Assembly (NCBI GenBank): GCA_977017645.1
Contig: OZ360222.1
Coordinates: 206,956,001 to 207,020,000 of the forward strand
Origin: Torpedo marmorata
Taxonomy: Eukaryota
Length of the DNA stretch: 64,000 bases
Direction of reading: 5' to 3'
Position 1 is the first letter of the stretch. Every line of letters begins with the position of its first letter. Under the pieces are notes generated by a model that saw only the letters and a list, made by a program, of their open reading frames with translations, made no database searches and had not been told where the DNA came from. Made by a program: the position numbers and the translations under genes. Below are positions 1-12,360 of the stretch, in pieces.

Positions 1-2689
1 GACTCGATAAAAATTGACCTCAGGGTTTCATAATGATATTGAGAGGAGGTTTTTGTAGGTGAAAGGGCGGCGGTCACAGTTTTTTGACTTTGGGGTTAGA
101 GACACATTTTCTAATAAGGCTAGCAGAATCTACACTGCAACAACTGCATGGCTAACCATCAGCTAACTTGCTGAATATTGGTGCTTATTATTGGGACTCC
201 TCCCCTCCCAGTTTAGGGTCCTCTAATTAACAGGGCCAGGAAAGGCAGCAGAAACCTTAGTTGCTAGAGCAACCTCAAGGTTCAAAAGGTCTTGCAGAAT
301 AGGTCGATGAAGGTGGCATTTTGAAAAGTTAATTATATTCTTTTAAAAAGAGGGAAGAAAGATTTAATAGGACTTGATTCACGGAAGAATGATCAGCTTT
401 TAAATCACAGCTCTGACTGGAAAGTAAATTACTGGCCTGAAATAATAAAGGTAGAACAGAGCAGACAGATGTGGGAAACTATTGTCGTTTTAATTGTGGT
501 AGGTATTAGGGAGCAGTATTAAGAACCTGGAAGCTGCAATATTAAAAGAGTATTGATTACTGCCAATGTAGTGCAGCAGAGATTAGCTTCAAATCAGAAT
601 CTTTGACTCATGAACGAGATTTATTTTTGTCTATTTCTTCATCAAATGGCCTTTTTTCATTGCTCCAAGCATTTTTCAATAATTTGAATGAATTGCATTG
701 GAATTAAAGATTTTTTTTGATTTATTGGAGTTGCTATTAGGATCGTGGAGACTCTTGCATGTTATTAAGTCGAAGAAAAACATTTCCTGAATGCAAACTC
801 ATCCTCTCCCTCCTGCTACTTTTATATTTAGTTTCTCACTGATCTTTCTTCCTGAAGACTGATGTTGGAGGATGGATTACATGATGCTCCTTCATTATTT
901 GACTAAGTGACCGTTTTTATTCTGATGACGAGGCTTCAAACTGAAGTATTAACTCTGTTTCTTTTTTGACAGATTCTGCCTGACCATCCAGTATTTTCTA
1001 TTTTATTTCAGATTTCTAGCATGGCTGTACTTTATTTTTCACTTACTGATGACCATTTACACATGCAAGTCTAGTCAGCTTGCATTACCTCGCCACCTTA
1101 CTATTTTGGTCATTATTGCTGAGCAATTCCTGTTTTCAGCCATTATCGAATTCACGAATTGATCAGACAAAAAGTGTTTGAACTCTGGTTAATTTAGGTT
1201 GTCGGCTAGGACCACATCAAGCAGTCTCACCACTCATGGCTCTTCACTACCTTGAAATGAAGTTAATGACCTCAGTGCACACCTCTGGACATAACTTGTA
1301 TAAGTTGCCCAGAACTCTTTTACTGAACAGCAAAGGATGATTGAAACAAAAGTCCTATGAAGTTTGTCTTTGCGGTTTTAACTCTAACAACATAACATTT
1401 AAAATTCTGCTATCGAACGGCTTATCACTTTTTGAGTAAAGGCTTTGATTTAAAATAGTTATTAAAAATGTTATTTGTCATGGCAATTTTTCATTTGTCA
1501 GGATAGCCAAATTAACAATCTATAATGCCATGCTATTTTATTGCTCTTTGAAACAGTTCCTCACCTCTCAACCAAGTTTCCATTTAGGGCACAAAAGGTT
1601 TTGCTCCATTTAAATTATTCTTTGTTGCTCAACACCTTTACACCGGAATCATTCTTGTTTCTTTCCTCTATACAGTATCTTCTTTGCTGTTGAACCATGG
1701 CTCCCAAGATCTTACACACCAGAGTGTGCTTGGAAGACAGGCGATTGAAGTAGAAATATGCTGCACAGGATTTCCAAAATGCAGAATCAAAGATATATAG
1801 GTACATGAGAAGTGAGAGAAAAGTTATAGGAGCAGAGGGAGGGGCAGGGGTAGAGTTGGTAAAGGAGCAGCAAAGTTTGCTATGGTGCTCCAGTTCATAT
1901 TCAACACAATCAAGTTCACTGAAAGCAGATTATCTGGTCATTCACACGTTATTGTGGGATCTTCATCTACACAAATTACTTTTATATTTCCTTTATTAAT
2001 GAAGTATGATACTTCAAAACAGCTTTAAAATGGTTTGGAATGACGAGACATCTGAAGTGCTGTATAACTGCAAGATTTAGTTCTAGTTTCCTCTCAAAGT
2101 CTTCCTGTTATTTTGTTCCCTCAATTATTTTGATCAGTTCTCCATCCAATGTGGAGCACTTACCAGTGTTTAAAATGTAATTGGTTGTTTCATTTTGTAT
2201 TTTAATTTAACTGGCTTATAATCAGTTTCCCTTTGTGTCGTCTTTTATTTATCTTCAACATGCCTGTGAAGTTGACAATACCTGGATGCACTGAAGAAGG
2301 AAAAGGACCAGAGACCTGGTTCATAAGGTCTCTGCCACTCCTGTATTGCTCGGAGACTTTGCTGAGCCTCAAAGAAACATTCCAGAGCAGGTCTGGAGCA
2401 GCGTAGCAAAGTTAAGGAAGCAGGGAATCTTCTGTTTACAGCATGCTGGGATCTCAGGAAATCTGAGGCAAGCACATGTACCATTGATTAAGTTAATTAT
2501 GCTATGATGATACAAGTGCATTTTTCCCACCTGCCCCTTTCTCTGATTTCCTTAACTTCAGCTGGTCTTGGTACACATTTAATATACGGTAGTTATCAAG
2601 AAGGTCAAACTCTTGCCCTCACTCCTTCCTGAACCCCTCATCCTTACATCCTTGGTATTAAGATTGTCACTTCCATTTGTTCAAGCTCT

Positions 2690-3530
2690 TTCAACAGTAT
2701 TAGCAGCTGCTTCTGCTTGTAACAGTGCCTTTTAATGTGGTAAAAATGTCCCATAAGAGTGTTATCTAAATCTGATGCCAAATGACTGAAGTAGACACCG
2801 ACACATTGGATCAAAGAACTAATTTTTAACAGTTGCTTCAAGGAGGGAAGAGAAGTAAAGAGGTAGAGAGATTTATGGAGGAAAGGCCAGAGCTTGGGGC
2901 CCAGTTGGTTCAAAGCACAACTGGTAGCAGCAGAACAAAGTTAGTGATGTGGAAGAGGCTGGAGGAGCGTGAGTGTGCTGGAGGGTTCTGGAGGACGACA
3001 TGGAGGCAAGGCCTAGTTGAGGCTATAGGGGAATTTTAGGATGAAAGGATGGAATTTTAAAATTGAAGCATTGTGGCTTATATTGGTCAACAAGTGTTGT
3101 GTGATGGATGAATGGGATTTGGGTGAAGTTTATATGCGGGTGCCAAGTTTTGGATGACCTGGGTTTCAGGAATGTGGAACAGCATTGACAACTAGATGAG
3201 AACAGTCAAATCTGGAATTAACATTCAAATAGACGAGGGTCCAGGTGAACTGAGGCAAGGGCAGTGGTGGGTGACAGAACAGGGAAATAAATGTCTTTAG
3301 TGATGGAAAAGGTCCAGGTCCAAAACTCATTTCATCGTTGGATATGGCACCAAGCTTGGTTCAGTTTCAGAATGGTGCTAGGGAGAGAGTTGGAGCTTGT
3401 ATATTGGGAAATGACTTAGTAATAGGAATCAAAGATAGTGGCTTTGGTTGTCTGAAAATTAGTTGGAGGAAATCTTTGCTCTTCCTATCCCAGCCGTCTA
3501 ACAATTTTGGGAGAAGAGGTGTAAACTGGT
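2690..3530 (-). mobile_element. Old degenerate L2-like LINE 3' fragment
   Basis: Purine-rich stretch with 'ggaggaaaggccagagcttggggcccagttggttcaaagcac', resembling the reverse complement of elasmobranch L2 3' ends; boundaries approximate. Confidence 0.45.
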
Positions 3531-3619
3531 GATCTCAGGGTTGGGAGATGTGATGGTCAGTGTTGGTCATTTTGTCATGACCGTGAATGCATGTTCAGTT
3601 ATATATTTTTTTATCCAGG

Positions 3620-3800
3620 AGGCTCAAAGGTTCCTTTTATTGACAGGTAATAATACATTAAACATGCAATATACATGATATACTTCAACTTTTGTCTGCT
3701 GCAAGGGAAACAAAGAGTTGCCATGAGCATTGCCTGCTGCCTCTAACAATAGGAGAAAGAGAAGCAAAAGAGAGTCCCTTCAGAGACACTGAGTGTCCGT
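3620..3800 (-). mobile_element. Rex1-like LINE 3' UTR remnant
   Basis: 'tcaaaggttccttttattgacaggtaat' reads as the reverse complement of an AATAAA-containing LINE tail, like the 13662 end of the minus-strand Rex1. Confidence 0.35.
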
Positions 3801-3974
3801 GGATTCCCCTCCAGTGCAGGACATCTAAGACCTGTAATTCTGGCAATAGGAAGACCATTCAGGGCCTCTTGGTCTGTTCATTTCTCGAGGACAGTCCATA
3901 TGCAGTCCGGGATCTTGCTGACGTCAGCTCACAAGCTTTGCATTGTGCCTATCAATGGAAGAGTTGAGAACTTT

Positions 3975-4105
3975 TCCTGATGCAGGGTCTCTACCTGGAA
4001 TGTTGACCATACCTCTGCATCGACAGATGCTGCCTCACACTCTGAGTTGCTCCAGCAGTTTTTTTGCTCCATATTACAGCATCTGTGCAGTCTCTTGTGT
4101 CTCTA
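3975..4105 (+). mobile_element. Penelope-like pseudo-LTR remnant with decayed hammerhead motif
   Basis: ctgatgcagggtctctacctggaatgttgac...acagatgctgcc...ctgagttgctccagca...cagcatctgtgcagt, the same family as 62420-62560. Confidence 0.6.
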
Positions 4106-6573
4106 GAACTTTGGATGGACTTGACAAGAAGATTTAATAAAAAAAGTTAATTTTGACATTTTCTTCCACTTTCTACTTTTCATCTTTTTAATTTCGGACA
4201 GATTTTTTTTAAATATGTTCACCTGAAAGTATGTTTTTCAACTATTTAATCTCCATTATACTTGACTCATATCTCAAAGTGCACCCACTTTCCTTGTTCC
4301 CTTGTCGTAATGGATCCACCCAGTTTCTCTTCATTCAATTGAAGACTAACATGTTTCTGCTTTAGATCTTGTTGATGCCAAGAGAATTCAAAATTTTCTC
4401 ATAATGTAATCAGATATCCCCATCAGTTCTATTACTTCTAAGTTGTGGAAATGTATCTTTTGAGTTTGGCTGTCTTCAATCCTACTCAGTTTCTACTTTT
4501 GACACATCACAAGGTCCACTCAAAAGAAATTTGAATGAACATCAGTTTGGTTTCATAAATACTCAGGTCAGCATCTTGCGCACGAGCTATTTCCCAGGTG
4601 TGTTTTGTTGTTGATTGATCTAAAATGATTGGGTACATTCAGATTGTACACACGCTGGAGGCCCATCCCAAATAAGATTTAATTGCAGGCTGCTTGGATG
4701 CCTTACGTTCTCATCACATTTTGGCAAGAAGTAAATGTAATTTTTAAAAAGTTACTAGTCATGGCGAGCCTTATATTTTCATAGCAAAGAGAAAATGTGA
4801 TGATTTAGGAAGCAGAACTGAAGCACAATGTGTATTCAATTTCTCTCAGTCCCTTCAGGATTTAAAAAAATGCTATTTCCTATTCTTTTGGTTTCTCTTC
4901 CAACCTTATGATTTCCTTGGCTTTATTTGGAGGTAGGATCCTTGCCAGACTTGTGGCAGGAACATTTGGGAGAATCTGAAATATGGAATAATGTTTTTTC
5001 TTATTAAAGAAGCAAATAGAATTAGGCATTTTTTTGCTCTTTCATGGAACAAAACAGTTGTTTGGAAGTTTCTGCTTTTGCAGTTAGATCAGGGAATTGA
5101 AGTGCTCCAAGAGCCAAGCAATCCTCCCAGGGGTCACTACCTCTCTGCAGATGGTGGGAAACTTGAATATCTCATTTAACCAGCTGCAAACATGAGCAAG
5201 CAGCTGCTGCTGGTATTTCCTGGCAATGAGACGACCCTAAGCAAGGAGAAGTATACTGGGCTCTGATTGGGAGCACAGGAGCGCACTGGAGTGCTAATAT
5301 TGACATTCGTGCAACTGTTGAGACTGCCTGTTCAAACGGAGGATTTGGCATCCATGAGCATCACTGCTGAGTTCTCAGTTTAAAAAAAATATAGAAATAC
5401 CGTATTTCTGTAAATATACCTCGCTGGCCTAAATAATACTGTCGTCATTTGCAGGAGGTAGTAATTTGTCCACTTCTCCACTCAAATGGGTATGCCAACA
5501 TGATGGTGCCCATTGCGACGCTATGAATTTCCAAGTTACTTTTAAAGCCAGAATTGGATTGAGTTCATCACCTTTTTGGTGTTCCAGCCCAGATTCTGCT
5601 CTTTAAAACAAAATGCTGCAGGAAATGTTGGTATTGCCCTGATGGTGAAATAATTATTCACAGGCTAACATGTGTGGAACAGACATATGTGTTCACTTAA
5701 GCTTCATCTGTCAATTTGTTTCTTCAAAGATGTTAAAATATTGTTTTGAACATCAACATCACAACTGTCTGCTGAACAAAGTGTAATTACATTTCGACTT
5801 GATCCAATCACAAAATAATGTGTGAATATTTATTGTCCGGCTTAAAACAGATTTTATGGAGTATGCACGACTTCAACTGTCATCCCTCAGGGATCAAATG
5901 TGCATTCCTAATATGTCACTCTTCTGTCCATTTAATCCACGGGGATCTGAAAATGGAAGTTTTAAGTGGTGAAATAGTTAATTAATTGGACTGTTTAACA
6001 ATGTTATCAACTTGTGCAGTTTAGTTTTCATACAGTTGCATTTTGAAGGGGTGGGTAGGGGAGGAGGGAGGGACAATGATACAGAGTTGAGTGTGGATAA
6101 AAATATTTTGTTTGCAAGATTATTTGATGTAAGATGCTTCAAAGATGGTCTGACTGGAGACTGGACCAGGGGAAAGGTTTAAGGAACGACTTCTATCATT
6201 TGTTTGAATGCAGTTTTAAACGATCCCGCCATGGATGAATTACCTCGCAAACGATGGTCACCACATGGTAGAGGCACGTAAATCACTTGGCATCAATTGT
6301 GCACCATTTACATCCTGCTGTATCCAGACCAAACCAATTTGTAATGCTGTCTCAATTTTTACGCAGCCTATCTTACACTCTCAGCTTCTGTTATAGTCCT
6401 ACATTTCACAGAGTTTTCAAGATAGCAGTGCAAAACACAAAACTACTAGCACTAAAAGGAGTAAGAGAATGGACAAATGTGACCGAGTTAAAGACTCAGT
6501 GCCCCCCTCTTGCTGGGTACATTTCATAGATCCTGACACTGGATTGTGATCCTTCTGTCCACTGATGCCGGAT

Positions 6574-6713
6574 AAAGTTTAATTTGTTTCATTCGTACTT
6601 CTCCTACTCACTCCATAAAAAAACATGGAAAATATTTTTATAATTTCAGTCCATGCCCCCCCAAATGTGCTGTGGCCCCCAGGGAGACCGTATGGCCCCA
6701 GTTGAGAATGGTG
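6574..6713. mobile_element. hAT-type MITE, right portion
   Basis: Ends in gttgagaatggtg followed by 8-bp agctagat; the matching left TIR cagccattctcaac at 7058 is preceded by agctggat. Confidence 0.5.
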
Positions 6714-7099
6714 AGCTAGATGATGCCACTATACCCACTGACCAGTGTGGTCAATGTTTCTCAGTTTGATATTTTGCTCATCTTCTTGGGATTTCAGGAT
6801 ATTAGAAACTTTTGTTACACATAAGAAATTGCTCATTGAAGTTCGGTCAGCACAGAGAAAATACCTCCACCAATCACAGTCACTCCCTTCCATTATCTGG
6901 GCTCCAAGTCTGAATCAGTTGGTTTCAGCATGGTTTGCAAGGTGGTAATTCTTCAGCATAAACTTAGCTTGAATAATCATGAGGCAATCATGAATTGTGT
7001 CCTTCTGTCCACTGATGCCGGATGGAGTTCTGGGCTGCATATATTGGTGAGCTGGATCAGCCATTCTCAACCTTCTTTTGGCTATGGCCCACTTAGGAT

Positions 7100-8717
7100 T
7101 CTGCTCAAAGAGCGAAGAACCACCCCTCCGCACCCCTACGTCCCCTGATGATCCCACCCTGTCCGTATCTGAGGATGAAGTGCATGCTGCCTTCAGGAGA
7201 GTTAAACCGAGGAAAGCACCTGGCCGAGTATTAAAGATCTGTGCTGATCAACTTACCGATATCTTAAATATCTCACTCCAGCAGGGCGTGGTACCCACCT
7301 GTTTCAAACAGGCGTCAATCTGCCTTAATGACTATCGACCAATAGCACTTACATCAACAGTGATGAAGTGTTTTGGAAGGCTGGTGATGAAGCATATCAG
7401 CTCCTGTTTGAGCGGTGACATGGATCCATTCCAGTTCACCTATCGCGGCAACAGGTCTACGGCAGATGCCATCTCACTGGCTCTACACAAAGCCCTGGAA
7501 CACCTGGACAGCAAAGATGCATACATCAGGATGCTCTTTATCGACTACAGTTCGGCATTTAACACCATCATCCCCTCAAAACTGATCAACAAACTCCAAG
7601 ACCTGGGGGTTAACACCCCACTGTGTAATTGGATCATGAATTTCCTCACCTCCAGACCACAATCAGTGAAGATTGGTAAGAACTTCTCCTCCACAATCTT
7701 CATCAGTACCGGAGCACCACAGGGCTGTGTTCTTAGCCCCCTGCTCTACTCACTTTACACCTACGACTGTGTAGCTCAGTATGACAATAACACCATCTAC
7801 AAATTTGCCAACGATGCCACGGTAGTAGGTTGTATAAAGGAAGGGGATGAGTCAGCATACAGGATGGAGATTGAAAACCTGGCTGAATGGTGCACCAAAA
7901 ACAACCTTGCACTCAATGTCACCAAAACTAAGGAGCTGATTGTTGACTTCAGGAAAGGAAAGCCAGAGGTATACAATCCATGATCATTGGGGGATCAGAG
8001 GTGGAGAGGGTGAGCACATTTAGGTTCTTGGGAGTCACTATCTCGGAGGATTTTTCATGGACCCAACACACCAATGGCATCGTGAAGGAAGTACGTCAGC
8101 GCCTCTACTTCCTCAGAAGTTTCCACCACAGATGTGTGGTGGAAAGTGTGCTGACCAGCTGCATCACGGTCTGGTATAGGAACACCAATACCCCTGAGTG
8201 TAAAGCCCTCCAAAAGGTAGTGGACACAGCTCAGGGGACATTACTGGCAAAACCCTCCCCACTATTGAGTACATCTACAGGGAACGCTGCCGTCGGAGGG
8301 CAGCAGCAATCATCAAAGACCCACACCACCCAGCACACGCTCTGTTCTCGCTGCTGCCATCAGGAAAGAGGTATAGGTGCCACAAGACTCGCACCACCAG
8401 GTTTAGGAACAGCTGCTACCCCTCTACCATCAGAATCCTCAACGACAAAGTCAAATCAGAGACTCATTTAAGGACTCTTACTCGTGCACTTTATTGATTT
8501 TTCTTTGCTCTCTCTGTATTGCACAGTCAGTTTCATTTTCATTTTCAGTTTCATTCGTTACCTGTTACAAGTTCTTTTGATTGTTTACATGTTTACGCTG
8601 TGTACAGTTCACTTTTTGCACTACCAATTAGTGGTAGTTCTCCTGCGCCCGCAGGAAAAAGGAATCTCAGGGTTGTATGTGACGTCATGTATGTACTCTG
8701 ACAATAAATCTGAAATC
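7100..8717 (+). mobile_element. 5'-truncated Rex1/Babar non-LTR retrotransposon (RT pseudogene plus 3' UTR)
   Basis: ORFs 7078-7983 and 7980-8471: [46 protein letters not shown](D), FLGVTI; 3' end gacaataaatctgaaatc. Confidence 0.92.
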
Positions 8718-10069
8718 AATATTTAAATTTGTGGAGAGCAATGCTACAAGAGCATGTGACTACAGTGTTTGGTTACATGTCTTGCACTGTTAAAATATTG
8801 ACAAGGCAATACAATCTGTTCAAATGTTGACATGAATATTCTGTAAAGGTCAGACCAAGAACTGGGACTGTGAACAATGACACACATAAATTCACGCACT
8901 TACACTTTCCTGCAGGGGTGGCTGAAGTATCAGTCTGCATTTCATGTTCAAACCTCAGTAATGCTTCAGGATTTTGACTGTTACACCAGCAAAGAATTTC
9001 AATGTAATTGACCTGAACATGTGCCTATTAAACCATGTTTAGATCACAACAGATTAAATTGACAGAGGAGTGGCATATTAGGAATGCATGTTTGATCCAG
9101 AAAAACTGATGGTTGAAGTAATGCATACTTGTTCAACTCGAGGCAACGGAAATATATGTTTAATTGTTACAATAAATGTTCAGACATCATCTGTGATGGT
9201 TCCATTCATTTCAGTGTGCACTGTTCCCAGGAAAAGAATTGGCAATTTGGTGGGGAGCTCAACTGATGAATTACTGCATGTGGTAAACCAGAATGGGTCA
9301 AGGGTGAAGTTGTTGGGTTTATGCCCTTAGAAAAAAAATAAAAGATAGTGTGAGGTAGTCTGTGAGATCTGGTGAGGAAGCCCAGCCTGAAGGTTTGTCC
9401 GTAAGTGCAAAATTGACTAGGTTTAATGAGGACAAAAGTTAAATTTGAGAAGGAAGTGTGATTCTATTTTCAATCACAATCTCACACAATTGCTTTGAGG
9501 AAAAAGGACAAGCAGATGAATCACAACAAAACAGGCAATTTGTTTAGAATTATAACAGATTTTTTGGAAAATAAATGCTACTTTTATTAATAATTAGATT
9601 GGTGGCTTCCTGTACTTCTTTGAGGACAGTATGTCAATAGCTTATGTAAATCTTAAATTCCAGCATGTGATCACCTCCTCAAATAAGTTTGAAGCATGCA
9701 TTTATTTTTAAGTAGTCGGAGTTTCTCAAAGTGATCACTTGTCTGTGGTTGGCAGCATCTATTAACTGAAGCAGTTTTAATTGAATGGAAAGGTGACAGT
9801 CTTCACTCCTCATATATCTAAAAGCTATTTTATAGGTACATTTCTTGGCTGCTCTCCAGTTTTCTGGAGTAAATAAATGACTGATGATCATTTAAACATC
9901 TTTTAAAATTTTTTTTTACATCTATTGACATAGAAACAAGTGTATAAAATCCAGAAAGATTACGTGCAGTTATTCTCAGATGATGTAATGTCATTTCCAC
10001 GTAGGTGGGATCAGCAGTACATGGAAGTGTGACGTGGGATTGGCCTCAACAAATGTCATAGTCCTTGTG

Positions 10070-10270
10070 TCATAGAAAAACACCACATGGGAACAGGCCC
10101 TTCAGCCCACCAGGTCTATGGCAGCCCTCACTTAATGCAGCAATTTACATTTACATTAATCCAACATTAATCCCATTTTAAAATTCTCCTCATATTCTCA
10201 TCAACTCCCCCCAAGTTTCTGCCACTTTCGTTTACACCAGGTGCAAGTTGCAGCAGCCAATTAACTTCTC
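10070..10270 (-). mobile_element. SINE 3' portion (HE1-like)
   Basis: 'catgggaacaggcccttcagcccac...gccaattaac' resembles the reverse complement of the SINE tails at 20572 and 55960. Confidence 0.45.
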
Positions 10271-11014
10271 AGCAAGGTAAGATGCTCAGAAAAAGGCCTT
10301 GGTTCTCCCATGGAAAGCTCCATGTTTGCAGGATTGTCTTCCACTCGGTGACTCCTTGCTCTGGGCTTTGGTGAAAGGGCATTCAAAAAATTGGACACAT
10401 CAAATTGGTATTTGATCAGCAGGGACTGGATGCAAAGATTCTCCTGTTGCTTCCCCCATGCACGGATGGAGATAAGTCACAATACATTCCCATTGGTGCA
10501 TGCTGTCACGGAAGGCCCCAAGAGCTGACAACTGACCTTGCTGATAGATCTTAGAAATTGGACATAAACTTCAGATCATGTCGTCACTGCCAAGGCCAGC
10601 TTTCATTGCCCAAACCTAATGGCCCATCAGAAGGTGATGGTGGGTGTAGACCTCCCTGAATTGGACCTGATGACTGTGAAGGAAAGATGACATATTTCCA
10701 AGTCAGTGTGGTTTACAAGTTGGAGTATTCTCCAGTGAGTGAAGCCGTATCTTTGTCTGCGGATTTGGGCAAAGCTTTCAGAGAAGCCAAAGTGAGGAAA
10801 TGTGGATTGTTTAGTAGATGGTATATCCAGTAACTAAGTGCGCTGGTGATGGAAAGAATGAATGTGTAGGGTGGTGTCCTACAAGCAGCTTAGAGCAATG
10901 GACTTCACAAGGTAAAATAAAACTGCAGGTTCATTAAAATACCATGACTGATACTAGTTTAAAATTTGTGAGGAAGATGTGAATTAATTCAGAATACAAA
11001 GTGGTATTGTATTG

Positions 11015-11453
11015 TAGGAGGTTCACTAGGATGATTTCAAGAATGAAAGGGTTATCATATGAGGAGCGTTTGACAGCTCTTGGCCTGTACTCGTTGCGAA
11101 TTTAAGAGAATGAGGAGGGATCTCATTGAAAGATTTGGAATGTTGAAAGGCATAGACAGAGTAGATGTAGAAAGGTTGTTACCCATTGCGGGAGAGTCCA
11201 GGGCAAGAGGGCACAACTTCAGGATTGAAAGGCGTCTGCTTAGAACAGAGATGCGGAGGAATTTCTTCAGCCAGAGGGTGGTAAATCTGTGGAATTTGTT
11301 GCCACAGGTGGTTATGGAGGCCAAGTCATTGGGTGTATTTAAGGCAGAGATTGAGAGGTTCTTGATCAGCCAGGGCATCAAAGGTTATGGGGAGACGGCC
11401 GGGCAGTGGGGTTGATTAGGGAAATGGATCAGCTCATAATTAAATGGCGGGGC
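11015..11453 (+). mobile_element. CR1 LINE 3' fragment, tail truncated
   Basis: ORF 11080-11415 RMRRDLIE...RARGHNFRI...RNFFSQRVVNLWNLLP is the CR1 ORF2 C-terminus; the 3' UTR stops abruptly at aatggcggggca. Confidence 0.9.
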
Positions 11454-11513
11454 ATCTTTATTGTTTGTTATTTTCTTCAATGATTTTATCTGCTCCATTA
11501 TCCTCCTGCTGTT

Positions 11514-11760
11514 GGGTGTGGGGATGTGCGTGTGTGGGGGTATGCGTGTGTGGGGGTGTGCGTGTGTGGGGGTATGCGTGTGTGGGGGTGTGCGTGTGTG
11601 GGGGGGTGCGTATGTGGGTGTGTATATGTGGGGGTTGTGTGTGGGGGCATATGTGTGCCCATATTTTTTACCCCCACATGCCCCACCCCCCACCACACAC
11701 CTCCCACACACACATCCCCACACTTGCACCCCCACACACGCACCCCCTCACCCCCCCACC
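11514..11760. repeat. GT-rich minisatellite (unit about 16 bp, gtgtgggggtatgcgt) followed by a CA-rich mirror tract
   Basis: Direct reading; G-run arm 11514-11650 and C-run arm 11670-11760. Confidence 0.85.
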
Positions 11761-11976
11761 TGGAGAGTGAGGGGCTGGGGTGAGGTGTGGGCAGTGGCGT
11801 ATCTAGGGAAAATAGTGCCTATGGCAAGCACTGAAATTGCACCTCCCCCTGGTGGGGATGCGGTGTGGGGAGCTGGGGATGCGGTGTGGGGAGATAGGGA
11901 TCGGTGTGGGAAGGCGGGGGTCGGCATGGGGAGGTGGGGATTGAAGAGGGGACTGATCCATCTGTGCCTCCGGCAG

Positions 11977-12247
11977 TCCCAGGGTTCCAACAGCAGTGCC
12001 GTTAACCCCTGCCACTTGCATAAGCCCCAACGACTTCCTCTCCCAGAGCCACGTCTTCGCAGGTCCCTGCACCCAGGACATGCAGCCGGCTGATTACTTC
12101 CCCGGCACCACCGTCACCTTCAGCGGCTCCTCCAACCCAGCCAGATGCCACCGCGCCGTCATTGCCATCTTCGACTTTGCCTCCTGTGACCGCGGTGACT
12201 GCGGTTTCAACAATGTCTATCAGCCACCCCTGACTGGAAACTTCCTG
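11977..12247 (+). pseudogene. Isolated exon of an ecto-NTPDase (ENTPD1/2/3/8, GDA1_CD39 family), frameshifted
   Basis: Acceptor cctccggcag at 11976 and donor gtaagt at 12248. Translation SQGSNSSAVNPCHLHKP/NDFLSQSHVFAGPCTQDMQPADYFPGTTVTFSGSSNPARCHRAVIAIFDFASCDRGDCGFNNVYQPPLTGNFL matches the NPC..PCT..G.+P..C..F.F..C..C.F..VYQPP..G.F exon of cell-surface NTPDases. Length 271 nt = 90 codons + 1. Confidence 0.85.
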
Positions 12248-12263
12248 GTAAGTTTCTGCGCAT

Positions 12264-12360
12264 CCCCCGTGACCCCCTGCAGGGACGGGGAACCCCCGTG
12301 ACCCCCCTGCGCGGATGGGGAACCCCCGTGAGCCCCCTGCACTGACGGGAAATCCCTGTG
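12264..12360. repeat. About 30-bp GC-rich tandem repeat (ccccgtgaccccctgc...ggggaa), about 3.3 copies
   Basis: Direct reading, just downstream of the ENTPD donor site. Confidence 0.85.

Noticed and set aside
1615-1810. Possible coding exon after a pyrimidine tract (tttctttcctctatacag)
   Set aside because: All three plus-strand frames stop early or give no recognisable protein
11385-12093. Overlapping ORFs rich in V/C/G/W or H/T/P
   Set aside because: Translations of the GT/CA minisatellite; only the 11977-12247 exon has protein-family features
11977-12247. Functional exon of a resident ENTPD gene
   Set aside because: It has a 1-nt frameshift, no neighbouring ENTPD exons were recognised in the window, its composition is foreign and it sits next to a TIR; not fully excluded without reads
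12264-12360. CRISPR-like array (also the subrepeats at 16330-16470)
   Set aside because: Eukaryotic context, tandem degenerate units without unique spacers, no cas genes
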